In this document: positions 47,753 to 56,986 of the stretch, piece by piece | Numbering within the stretch: position 1 is the stretch's first letter | Layout: each line of letters begins with the position of its first letter | Source: an uncultured Pelagibacteraceae bacterium | GTDB lineage: Bacteria > Pseudomonadota > Alphaproteobacteria > Pelagibacterales > Pelagibacteraceae | Direction of reading: 5' to 3' | Length of the DNA stretch: 64,000 nt | Assembly (NCBI GenBank): GCA_902596185.1 | Contig: CACJSX010000002.1 | Location: 10,779-74,778, forward strand | Position numbers and translations under genes: made by a program | Notes under the pieces: model-generated | Seen by the model: the letters and a program-made list of their open reading frames with translations, nothing else | What the model was told of the DNA's origin: nothing | Database searches by the model: none

Positions 47753-48349
47753 ATGTTTAATAAACTAGTAATGATTGTTGTCTTTAAAAAATTATTATCA
47801 CAAGCTAAAAAATCATATGATGAATTCAATGCCGCAGATGGAAAAATAGGAGATGGCGATCTTGGGATAACAATTTTAAATGGTTTAGAGGAAATTAATA
47901 AAAATATAGATAAATTTAAGGACGATTTAAGTTTAAATTTTATAATTTGCTCACAAGCATTTGTAAAAAAATCAGGATCAAGTTTTGGAACTCTTATAGC
48001 TTTTGCATTTATGAATATTTCAAAAGATTTAAAAAACAAAAATTCATGTGACCATGATGATATAATTAATATGATAAATATTGCTATGGAAACTATTAAA
48101 GAAAGAGGAAAAACAAAATTAGGAGACAAAACTATTTTAGATAGTTTAAGTTTTATTTTAAATAATTTGAAAACAAATAAGAAAAATGTAAATTACCCAG
48201 AATTATTTAAATCAAGCACCAAAGATGCTTTAAATGCTTTTAAAGGTAAAAAAATATTAATTGGTAGAGCAAGAATGTTTGAAGACAAAACTAAAGAGTT
48301 GGACGATCCTGGCATGCTTGCTTTAAGTAAATTAAGTGAAGTTTTTTAA
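47753..48349 (+). CDS. dhaL: dihydroxyacetone kinase family nucleotide-binding subunit
   Basis: DGKIGDGDLG, RG..LGDKTILD, GRA, DDPG. Confidence 0.86.
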   Translation: MFNKLVMIVVFKKLLSQAKKSYDEFNAADGKIGDGDLGITILNGLEEINKNIDKFKDDLSLNFIICSQAFVKKSGSSFGTLIAFAFMNISKDLKNKNSCDHDDIINMINIAMETIKERGKTKLGDKTILDSLSFILNNLKTNKKNVNYPELFKSSTKDALNAFKGKKILIGRARMFEDKTKELDDPGMLALSKLSEVF

Positions 48350-48406
48350 TAAAAATTCATAATAGTTGAATTATTAATAATCTCTGCTAAACAATCCTCA
48401 GTTGCA

Positions 48407-49786
48407 ATGAAAAATTGGAAAAAAAATAGTTGGAGAAAATATCCAGTAAAACATATACCGGAATATCCAGACAAAAAAGAGCTGGATATGGTTTTGAACA
48501 AGATTGAAAAATTTCCACCATTAGTCTTTGCTGGAGAAACAAGACACTTAAAACATCAACTAGCAGATGTTGTTGATGGTAAAGCATTTTTACTTCAGGG
48601 TGGTGATTGTGCTGAGAGTTTTGCTGAATTTAACCCAGATAACATAAGAGATACATTTAAACTAATGTTACAAATGTCTTTAGTGTTAACTTACTCAGCA
48701 TCTTTACCAGTTGTAAAAGTTGGAAGAATAGCTGGACAGTTTTCTAAACCAAGAAGTTCACCCGTTGAAAAAAAAAATGGTATTGAGCTACCAAGTTATT
48801 TAGGTGATAATATTAATGGTATGGAATTCACAGAAAAGGCAAGAGTTCCTGACCCAAAAAGATTATTTAAAGCATATTCTCAATCAGCTGCAACTTTAAA
48901 TTTAATAAGAGCTTTTTGTCATGGTGGGTTTGCAGATTTAAAGAATGTCCATAATTGGAACTTGGGATTTATCAAAAATTCTCCTGAATTAAAAAGATTT
49001 AAAGATTTAGAAGATAGAATAGCTGACGCTCTAGCATTTATGGATGCATGTGGAATTAATTCAGATTTTAATAGAAGATTAAAAACAGTTAACTTTTGGA
49101 CTTCTCACGAAGCTCTTTTGCTTCCATTTGAAGAAAAAATGACTCGAGTAGATTCTACATCTGGAGAAAATCACGATACTTCAGCTCATTTCGTATGGAT
49201 TGGAGATAGAACCAGGCAATTAGATGGAGGACATGTTGAGTTTTGTAGAGGAATAGAAAATCCAATTGGAATTAAATGTGGACCAACTTTAAAAGCTGAG
49301 GATTTAATCAATTTGTGTAACAGAATTAACCCGAAAAATGAAAAAGGTAAAATTACATTAATTTCAAGATTTGGTGCAGACAATGTTTCAAAACATTTAC
49401 CAAAACTTATTAGAGCAATCAAAAAAGAGGGTTTAAACGTGATTTGGTCATGTGATCCTTGTCATGGAAATACAATCCAAGCTGCTACAGGATTTAAAAC
49501 TAGACCATTTAATAGTGTACTTAAAGAAGTTAAAAATGTATTTGCGTGTCACCAAAGTGAGGGAAGTTATGCTGGAGGTCTTCATATTGAATTAACTGGC
49601 CAAAATGTGACAGAATGTATTGGTGGGGCTCAAAAGATATCTGAAAAAGACTTATCATCAAGATATCACACTCATTGTGATCCAAGACTAAATGCAAACC
49701 AAGCTTTAGAATTAGCTTTCTTAATTTCAGATGAGATAAAAAAGAATAGCTCTTATTCTAAAAATGCAGATAGAGCGGCATCATAA
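48407..49786 (+). CDS. class II DAHP synthase
   Basis: LQGGDCAE, GRIAGQFSKPRS, WIGDRTRQ, CDPCHGN, CDPRLN. Confidence 0.96.
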   Translation: MKNWKKNSWRKYPVKHIPEYPDKKELDMVLNKIEKFPPLVFAGETRHLKHQLADVVDGKAFLLQGGDCAESFAEFNPDNIRDTFKLMLQMSLVLTYSASLPVVKVGRIAGQFSKPRSSPVEKKNGIELPSYLGDNINGMEFTEKARVPDPKRLFKAYSQSAATLNLIRAFCHGGFADLKNVHNWNLGFIKNSPELKRFKDLEDRIADALAFMDACGINSDFNRRLKTVNFWTSHEALLLPFEEKMTRVDSTSGENHDTSAHFVWIGDRTRQLDGGHVEFCRGIENPIGIKCGPTLKAEDLINLCNRINPKNEKGKITLISRFGADNVSKHLPKLIRAIKKEGLNVIWSCDPCHGNTIQAATGFKTRPFNSVLKEVKNVFACHQSEGSYAGGLHIELTGQNVTECIGGAQKISEKDLSSRYHTHCDPRLNANQALELAFLISDEIKKNSSYSKNADRAAS

Positions 49787-49824
49787 GACATTGTAAAATT
49801 TTAAATATCTAATACTTTAAAATC

Positions 49825-50562
49825 ATGAATGCTTCAGAAAAAGTTAAATTTATATCTAATTGGATTAATGAATATGTTAATAATATGCCAAGCAAGGCAG
49901 AGTCATTGGTTATAGGAATTTCTGGAGGAATAGACTCATCAGTTTCTAGCACATTGAGTGCAATGACAGGTTTAAAAACTATCGTGTTATCAATGCCAAT
50001 AAAACAGAAGTCACACCAACATGACTTAAGTTTAAAGCACCAGGCATGGTTGGTTAAAAATTTTAAAAATGTTGAGGCACATACAATTAACTTAGATGAA
50101 TTATTTTTAGCATTTAGTTCTAGCTTATCTAAATTTAATAATGAACATGGTATGGCAAATTCTAGAGCAAGATTGAGAATGACAACGCTCTATCAAGTAG
50201 CTGCAGCGAATAAAGGAATAGTAGTTGGAACTGGGAATAAAGTTGAAGATTTTGGTGTTGGTTTTTATACAAAATATGGAGATGGTGGGGTGGATATATC
50301 ACCAATAGCAGATTGTAATAAAACTGAAGTTTGGGAACTGGGAAAAGAGCTTGGGATTTTAAAAGAAATTATAGATGCAGCCCCTACGGATGGTTTGTGG
50401 GATGATGGAAGAACTGACGAAGGTCAACTCGGATTAAAATATGAGGAATTAGAAGAAGCTATGAATAATCCGAATTCAACTAATCGAGCTAAATACGAAA
50501 TAATCAGAAAACAAAATTTGCATAAAATGGAGCCAATTCCTGTGTGCAAAATTCCAAATTAA
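49825..50562 (+). CDS. nadE: NH3-dependent NAD+ synthetase
   Basis: GISGGIDS, NSRARLRM, GTGN, TKYGDGG; no glutaminase domain. Confidence 0.95.
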   Translation: MNASEKVKFISNWINEYVNNMPSKAESLVIGISGGIDSSVSSTLSAMTGLKTIVLSMPIKQKSHQHDLSLKHQAWLVKNFKNVEAHTINLDELFLAFSSSLSKFNNEHGMANSRARLRMTTLYQVAAANKGIVVGTGNKVEDFGVGFYTKYGDGGVDISPIADCNKTEVWELGKELGILKEIIDAAPTDGLWDDGRTDEGQLGLKYEELEEAMNNPNSTNRAKYEIIRKQNLHKMEPIPVCKIPN

Positions 50563-50607
50563 TCAAATAGATTCACAAATCTATTTTTTAAGTATATTCC
50601 TAAAACA

Positions 50608-51963
50608 ATGAGTAAAGATATTTTTTTAACAAATAATCTAACAAATAAAAAAGAGAAGTTTGTTCCACTAGATAAAAGTAACATTAGAATGTATGTTTGT
50701 GGTCCAACTGTCTATGATGATCCTCATATTGGAAATGCAAGACCATTAGTTGTATTTGATATTCTATATAAAATTTTTAAAAAAAATTATTCTAAAGTTA
50801 CTTATGTGCGTAATATTACAGATGTCGATGATAAAATCATAAAATCTTCAAAAGAAAAAAATATTTCTATTTTTGAATTAACCAATAAGGTAACCAAAAG
50901 TTTTACTGAAGATTGTCATTATTTAAATTGCGAAGAACCAACACATCAACCAAAGGCAACAGAAAATATAGATTTGATGATTGAAATGATTTCTGAATTA
51001 ATAAAAAAAGGATTTGCTTACGAAAATAATAAGCATGTTTATTTTGAGGTTAAAAAATTCAAGGATTATGGTCAACTATCAAATAAAAAATTAGATGAAC
51101 TAGTAGCTGGATCAAGAGTAGAGGTAAGTGAAAATAAAAAAAATTCAGAGGATTTTGTTTTGTGGAAGCCATCTGAAAGTGACGAACCATCTTGGGATTC
51201 TCCTTGGGGGAGAGGACGACCTGGATGGCATCTAGAATGTTCGGCAATGTCAAAGAAATTTTTAGGAGATGAGTTTGATGTTCATGGTGGTGGTATTGAT
51301 TTACTATTTCCTCATCATGAGAATGAAATAGCCCAATCAAGATGTGCAAATGAAACAAAAATATTTGCAAAATTTTGGATGCATAATGCATTCATTACTA
51401 TGTCTAATGAAAAAATGGCTAAGTCTCAGGGAAATATTTTAAAAATAAAAGATTTTAGAAACAAGATAAGTGGTCAAGTTTTAAGATTAGCTTTATTAAG
51501 TGCGCATTACAAACAACCATTAGATTGGAATGATAAACTTCTCGGGGATTGTCAAAATACAATTAACAAATGGTACAATTCTTATTTAGATATTGAAATT
51601 AATTCTGAGCTTCCTGATGAAATTCTTCAACCACTTTATGATGACTTAAATACACCTGGATATATTGCTAATTTACATAAATTATATGACAAAGCTCAAA
51701 AAGGTAACGACCAAGATAAATCTTTATTTGTTTCTGCCTGTCAATTTGTAGGACTATTAAATGAAAGTAAAGAAAATTGGCTTAAATTTAAAATTAGCAA
51801 AGCTTTAATTTCTGAAAAGGAAATTTTACAAAAAATTCAGAATAGAAACAAGGCTAGAGATAACAAAAATTACGAAGAGGCTGATAAAATTAGAAATGAG
51901 CTTTTAGACAAAGGTGTTTTAATAGAAGATAAAGATGGTAAAACGATTTGGAAATTTAAATGA
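50608..51963 (+). CDS. cysS: cysteine-tRNA ligase
   Basis: CGPTVY, HIGN, GRPGWHLECS, FPHHENE, KMAKS. Confidence 0.97.
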   Translation: MSKDIFLTNNLTNKKEKFVPLDKSNIRMYVCGPTVYDDPHIGNARPLVVFDILYKIFKKNYSKVTYVRNITDVDDKIIKSSKEKNISIFELTNKVTKSFTEDCHYLNCEEPTHQPKATENIDLMIEMISELIKKGFAYENNKHVYFEVKKFKDYGQLSNKKLDELVAGSRVEVSENKKNSEDFVLWKPSESDEPSWDSPWGRGRPGWHLECSAMSKKFLGDEFDVHGGGIDLLFPHHENEIAQSRCANETKIFAKFWMHNAFITMSNEKMAKSQGNILKIKDFRNKISGQVLRLALLSAHYKQPLDWNDKLLGDCQNTINKWYNSYLDIEINSELPDEILQPLYDDLNTPGYIANLHKLYDKAQKGNDQDKSLFVSACQFVGLLNESKENWLKFKISKALISEKEILQKIQNRNKARDNKNYEEADKIRNELLDKGVLIEDKDGKTIWKFK

Positions 51964-53561
51964 GTAAAGAAAAACTATTTATATTTGATACAACATTACG
52001 TGATGGTGCACAAACTCAAGGTGTAGATTTTTCTATTGATGATAAGGAAAAAATCTCATCAGCATTAGATAAATTAGGTGTTGATTATGTTGAGGGAGGA
52101 TGGCCAGGAGCAAATCCAACTGATACTGAGTTTTTCAATAAAGATCATAATTTTAAATCATCAAAATTAACTGCATTTGGAATGACTAAAAAATCAGAGC
52201 ATAGTGCAGAAAATGACCCCATGCTCTCATCATTAATTAATTCAAAAAGTACTTCTGTTTGTTTGTTTGGAAAATCATGGGATTTTCAAGTGGATGTCGC
52301 ATTAGGAATAAGTAATGAGCAGAATTTAATGAATATAAGCGAAAGTACAAAACACATAGTTAAATCTGGAAAAGAGTTTTTGTTTGATGCCGAACATTTT
52401 TTTGATGGATATAAATCTAATCCTGAATATGCAATGTCATGTTTAAAAGCTGCTTTTGATAATGGTGCTAGATGGATTGTATTATGTGATACTAATGGCG
52501 GTACACTTCCACACGAGATAACTGACATTGTTTCTGTAGTATGCAAACAAATTCCTGGAAAAAATTTAGGAATACATGCTCATAATGATACCGAAAATGC
52601 AGTTGCTAATAGTCTTGCAGCAGTTCAAGCAGGAGTTAGACAAGTTCAAGGTACTATCAATGGTTTAGGGGAAAGATGTGGAAATGCTAATTTAATGTCA
52701 TTAATTCCCTCATTTTTTTTAAAGAAAGATTTTTCAGAGAAATTTGAACTAAGTATTAAAAGAGAAAATTTAAAAAACTTAACTCAATGTTCAAGATTAT
52801 TAGATGAGATATTAAATAGAAAACCTAATAAACATTTACCTTATGTTGGAGCTTCTGCTTTTTCTCACAAGGGTGGAATGCATGTTTCAGCAGTTCAAAA
52901 AGATCCTAAAACATACGAGCACATAAATCCAGAAGAAGTTGGAAACTCTAGAAATATAGTTGTTTCAGATCAATCGGGACAATCTAATATAATGTCGAGA
53001 TTGAATTCAATAGGAATTAAAGTTGAGAAAAGTGATCCAAAAATTAAAAAACTTTTAGAAGAAGTGAAAGATCGAGAATTTATTGGTTATAGTTATGATG
53101 GTGCCGATGCATCCTTTGAGCTGTTAGCTCGAAGATTGATGGGGGAGATACCAAGATATATTTCAATTGATGAATATGATGTTTCTGTAAAGAAAGATAA
53201 TGCAGGAGAAATTATTTCATATGCAAAAGCTCAGTTAGAGGTAGATGGAGATAAAATTTTGTGTGAAGGACAAGGTAATGGACCTGTTAATGCTCTAGAT
53301 AATGCAATTAGAAAAAATGTTAACAAGCTCGCTAAATATTCAGAATATTTAAAAGATTTAAGACTTGTTGATTACAAAGTTAGAATTTTAAACACTGGTA
53401 CAGAAGCTGTAACAAGAGTTAGTATTGAAAGTACAGACTCGAAGGGCGTTAATTGGTTTACTATTGGAGTATCACCAAATATCATTGATGCATCTTTCAA
53501 AGCTTTAGTAGATAGTCTAGATTATAAGTTATTTAAGGATAAAGCTCCTGGAAGTTCGTAA
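51960..53561 (+). CDS. cimA: citramalate synthase
   Basis: DTTLRDGAQ, EGGWPGANP, DAEHFFDG, HAHND, HKGGMH, DYKVRI. Confidence 0.92.
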   Translation: MSKEKLFIFDTTLRDGAQTQGVDFSIDDKEKISSALDKLGVDYVEGGWPGANPTDTEFFNKDHNFKSSKLTAFGMTKKSEHSAENDPMLSSLINSKSTSVCLFGKSWDFQVDVALGISNEQNLMNISESTKHIVKSGKEFLFDAEHFFDGYKSNPEYAMSCLKAAFDNGARWIVLCDTNGGTLPHEITDIVSVVCKQIPGKNLGIHAHNDTENAVANSLAAVQAGVRQVQGTINGLGERCGNANLMSLIPSFFLKKDFSEKFELSIKRENLKNLTQCSRLLDEILNRKPNKHLPYVGASAFSHKGGMHVSAVQKDPKTYEHINPEEVGNSRNIVVSDQSGQSNIMSRLNSIGIKVEKSDPKIKKLLEEVKDREFIGYSYDGADASFELLARRLMGEIPRYISIDEYDVSVKKDNAGEIISYAKAQLEVDGDKILCEGQGNGPVNALDNAIRKNVNKLAKYSEYLKDLRLVDYKVRILNTGTEAVTRVSIESTDSKGVNWFTIGVSPNIIDASFKALVDSLDYKLFKDKAPGSS

Positions 53562-53563
53562 GA

Positions 53564-54427
53564 ATGAAAATTAAAAAATTTTCAGAAAAACCATCTGACC
53601 TAAAAGATAGAATAGGAGCAAAACCAATAGTTTGTTACCCAAATACCAATATTGAAGAAAAAAATTTAAGTATTTTACATTCTGCTCGGGAACACTTGGT
53701 TAAAAAAAAGGAAGTTATAATTCCTCCAAGAGACGCAAAAACCTTTGAAGTTAAATTTGGTGAGTATTTTAGAATTGAAAGTGTAGAAGGACCCCAAGTA
53801 GGTGATTTAAATTTATTTAATTTAAACAATTTAGAAGAAAAATTTTATTCAGGAAAAACAAGAGCACTTTATGGAACACATCTTTCTGTTGGAGATAAAA
53901 TGTTTAGTAGTTTTCCCTATCTTAGATCTTTAGCAACAATAACTTGGGATACTTTAGATTGGTATGATTATGATAAAGATGGAGGATCGGTTCATGATGT
54001 AATTGGTACAAGGTGTGATCCATATACATCAAAACTTTTGAGTGATAACGATTATCATTATTGTTGTCATTCAAATTTGACAAGAGCCTTAGTTAAAGAA
54101 AAAAATATTCAATTAGACCATGCAGAAAAAATAGTTCATGATGTATTAAATGTTTTTATGTTAACTGGTTTTACTATCGATACCAAACAATACTTCATGA
54201 AAGCAAGTCCAGTTAGACCAGGTGATTATTTAGAGTTTTTTGCTGAAACAGATTTATTAGGTGCACTTTCTACTTGTCCAGGTGGAGATTGTGGATCTGA
54301 ACATTCATCTGATGTTGCTAAATGTTATCCATTAAAAGTATCTGTTTGGACAGTAGATCCTAAATATTTAAATGATATCAAACCATCAGCTATTTCTAAT
54401 TATAACAGAAATCATGGTATAGATTAA
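53564..54427 (+). CDS. DUF1989 / urea carboxylase-associated family protein
   Basis: EGPQVGDL, HDVIGTRCD, CCHSNL, LNVFM, PGDY, STCP. Confidence 0.85.
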   Translation: MKIKKFSEKPSDLKDRIGAKPIVCYPNTNIEEKNLSILHSAREHLVKKKEVIIPPRDAKTFEVKFGEYFRIESVEGPQVGDLNLFNLNNLEEKFYSGKTRALYGTHLSVGDKMFSSFPYLRSLATITWDTLDWYDYDKDGGSVHDVIGTRCDPYTSKLLSDNDYHYCCHSNLTRALVKEKNIQLDHAEKIVHDVLNVFMLTGFTIDTKQYFMKASPVRPGDYLEFFAETDLLGALSTCPGGDCGSEHSSDVAKCYPLKVSVWTVDPKYLNDIKPSAISNYNRNHGID

Positions 54428-55140
54428 TGTCTGTTAATAATATTTCTTTCATTTTGCACAAACCTCAACTCTCAGAAAATATTGGAGCATGTGCAAGGGG
54501 AATGAAAAATTTTAATTTTAATAAACTTATTGTTGTTGATCCTAAACCAATATTTCCAAATGATAAAATTTTAGCAACCTCTGTAGGAGCAAAAAATATA
54601 ATAAACAAAGCAAAGAATTTTGAAAATTTAGAAAAATCTTTAAAAAATATTGATATTGTAATTGCAACATCAGCACGATTTAGAAATAAAAATATTAAGC
54701 ATATTCAATTAGAAGACTTAAAAAAAATTAATTATAAAAAGAAAATAGCTTTTTTGTTTGGTTCAGAAGCATCTGGTTTATCAAACAATGAAATTAGCTA
54801 TGCAAATTATACACTTCAAATTCCAACTAATCCTGATTTTAAATCATTAAATTTATCTCACAGCTTAATAATAATTGCTCAATACCTATCAAGCATAATT
54901 AATTTAAAAGCATCTTCTTTTAAGAAATCAAATAAAGTTCAATCAGCAACTAAAAAAGAGATAATAGCAATGGCAAATCTTTGTATACAGAATCTTGAAG
55001 AGATTAATTTCTTTAAATCAAAAGAGAAGAAACCAATAATGCTTGAAAACTTGAGGAATATTTTTTATAGAATGGAATTATCAACTAAAGAAATACGTAT
55101 TTTATCAGGAGTATTTGCAAGTTTAGGTAAAAAACGTTGA
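54427..55140 (+). CDS. trmJ: SPOUT tRNA 2'-O-methyltransferase TrmJ
   Basis: PQLSENIGACAR, FGSEASGLSN, SLNLSH. Confidence 0.88.
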   Translation: MSVNNISFILHKPQLSENIGACARGMKNFNFNKLIVVDPKPIFPNDKILATSVGAKNIINKAKNFENLEKSLKNIDIVIATSARFRNKNIKHIQLEDLKKINYKKKIAFLFGSEASGLSNNEISYANYTLQIPTNPDFKSLNLSHSLIIIAQYLSSIINLKASSFKKSNKVQSATKKEIIAMANLCIQNLEEINFFKSKEKKPIMLENLRNIFYRMELSTKEIRILSGVFASLGKKR

Positions 55141-55168
55141 TTGACAAAATTAAGAGTAAGTTTATAAA
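55141..55168 (+). promoter_or_regulatory. putative sigma70 promoter of rpsD
   Basis: Perfect TTGACA, 16 nt, TATAAA, 12 nt before ATG; no Shine-Dalgarno. Confidence 0.6.
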
Positions 55169-55180
55169 GCCCACTATTAA

Positions 55181-55798
55181 ATGACAAAAAGATTAAACTC
55201 TAAACACAAAGTAGATAGAAGATTAAAAGTAAACTTATGGGGAAGACCTAAAAGTCCTTTTAACACAAGAGCTTATGGACCAGGACAACATGGTCAAACA
55301 AAAACATCCAAACCCTCAGATTACGGCATTCAGCTTCAAGCAAAACAAAAACTTAAATCATATTATGGAAACATAAATGAGAGACAATTTAGAAATACCT
55401 ATAAAAAAGCTGTTATGCTTAAGGGTGATACAGGTGAAAACTTAATTGGTCTTTTAGAAAGAAGATTAGATGCTGTTATTTATAGAGCAAAATTTGCTAC
55501 TACGATTTTTTCTGCCAGACAATTAATAAATCATGGTCATGTGAAAGTTAATGGTAAAAAAGTTAATATTGGAAGCTATTTAGTTAGAGAAGAGGACTCA
55601 ATTGAGATAAGAGATAAATCAAAACAATTGGCAATAATTGATATAGCTCTAGCTAACAAAGAAAGAGAAGTTCCAGAATATATCCAAATGGATGAGAAAA
55701 ATAAAAAATTTAAATTTGTAAGAATTCCTAAGTTTGATGAAGTTCCTTACCCAATTGTTATGGAACCAAATCTAGTTATTGAATACTACTCAAGATAA
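55181..55798 (+). CDS. rpsD: 30S ribosomal protein S4
   Basis: [37 protein letters not shown]. Confidence 0.98.
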   Translation: MTKRLNSKHKVDRRLKVNLWGRPKSPFNTRAYGPGQHGQTKTSKPSDYGIQLQAKQKLKSYYGNINERQFRNTYKKAVMLKGDTGENLIGLLERRLDAVIYRAKFATTIFSARQLINHGHVKVNGKKVNIGSYLVREEDSIEIRDKSKQLAIIDIALANKEREVPEYIQMDEKNKKFKFVRIPKFDEVPYPIVMEPNLVIEYYSR

Positions 55799-55802
55799 AA
55801 TC

Positions 55803-56420
55803 TTGATAAAGAGAACCTCAAAAAAATTTATAGATAATCTTCTTCTTAACAATCCAAGCTGGAAAATTTTAGATATAGGTTGTGGATTTACCGCTCACAA
55901 TAATGCTACCGTAATTTGTGATGTTCAAGATTTATCTGATTTTTATAAAGACAAAAATTTTATAAAATTAGAAAGCAACACACTACCGTTTAAAGATAAA
56001 GAGTTTGATTTTGTTATAGCTTCTCATGTAATTGAACATGTAAAAGATGTTGATTTTTTTATAAAAGAATTAGAGAGAGTATCCTCAAAAGGTTATATTG
56101 AACTTCCTACAATATTAGAAGATAATTTAGTTTTTGAAAATAAAAAGGATCATATTTGGCAGACTGAATTTGATGATGTAGAAAATAAAATTAATATTTC
56201 AAAAAAAATTCAATTCATAGAACCTTTGTTAACAGTTTCATCATCTAAAAAATTTTCTAAAATATTCAGACAAAGTTTGGTTCTTGAGCTTTATTGGGAG
56301 GATACAATAGAATTTACCTTTATTGAAAGAACAAATGAAGATTTTCAAAAAATCTCAAGATTAACTTTATTTAGAAAATTTTTTTCCAAAATCTTAAGAA
56401 ATATTTTACGAAGAAATTAA
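55803..56420 (+). CDS. class I SAM-dependent methyltransferase
   Basis: [27 protein letters not shown]; in-frame TTG at 55803 avoids rpsD overlap. Confidence 0.8.
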   Translation: MIKRTSKKFIDNLLLNNPSWKILDIGCGFTAHNNATVICDVQDLSDFYKDKNFIKLESNTLPFKDKEFDFVIASHVIEHVKDVDFFIKELERVSSKGYIELPTILEDNLVFENKKDHIWQTEFDDVENKINISKKIQFIEPLLTVSSSKKFSKIFRQSLVLELYWEDTIEFTFIERTNEDFQKISRLTLFRKFFSKILRNILRRN

Positions 56421-56755
56421 TTCTTTATTTTAAAATTAATTTGCTTACTCTCAAATAACTTTGCTAATTCACCACTTTCATACATTTCTTTGACTATATC
56501 ACATCCACCTATGAATTCATTTTTAACATAAAGTTGTGGAATGGTAGGCCAATCGCTATAAGTTTTAATACCTTCTCTTAAATTTTGATTTTCTAAAACA
56601 TTTACTCCTTTAAAATTTACCTCTAATATTTTTAAAATGTTTGAAACTGCCATTGAAAATCCACATTGTGGTGCATCAGGTGTACCTTTCATAAATAAAC
56701 AAACCTCGTTGTTTTCTATTTCATTTTTAATTAAATCATTTGTTTGTTGATTCAT
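56417..56755 (-). CDS. grxD: monothiol glutaredoxin Grx4
   Basis: [21 protein letters not shown]. Confidence 0.96.
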   Translation of the reverse strand: MNQQTNDLIKNEIENNEVCLFMKGTPDAPQCGFSMAVSNILKILEVNFKGVNVLENQNLREGIKTYSDWPTIPQLYVKNEFIGGCDIVKEMYESGELAKLFESKQINFKIKN

Positions 56756-56986
56756 TTAGCTCTCCTTTGTTTTAATTGCTAAAGCATGAAGTTCGTTACC
56801 CATTCTACCTTTTAAAGAGTTGTAAACCATTTTATGCTGTTCAATTTTACTTTTTCCAGAAAATTGTGAAGAGGTAACGGTTGCTGAATAGTGATTTCCA
56901 TCGCCTGCCAAATCTTGTATTTCAATAATCGCATCCGGCATTGCCTCCTTTATAAAATTCTCAATTTCTTTTAAATCCATCGCCAT
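56756..56986 (-). CDS. bolA: BolA/IbaG family protein
   Basis: DLAGDGNHY, F.GKS..QH..VY, LHAL; adjacent to grxD. Confidence 0.92.
   Translation of the reverse strand: MAMDLKEIENFIKEAMPDAIIEIQDLAGDGNHYSATVTSSQFSGKSKIEQHKMVYNSLKGRMGNELHALAIKTKES

Noticed and set aside
50565-50589. Hairpin AAATAGATT-caca-AATCTATTT after nadE as terminator
   Set aside because: Almost all A-U pairs, likely too weak, and expected by chance at this AT content
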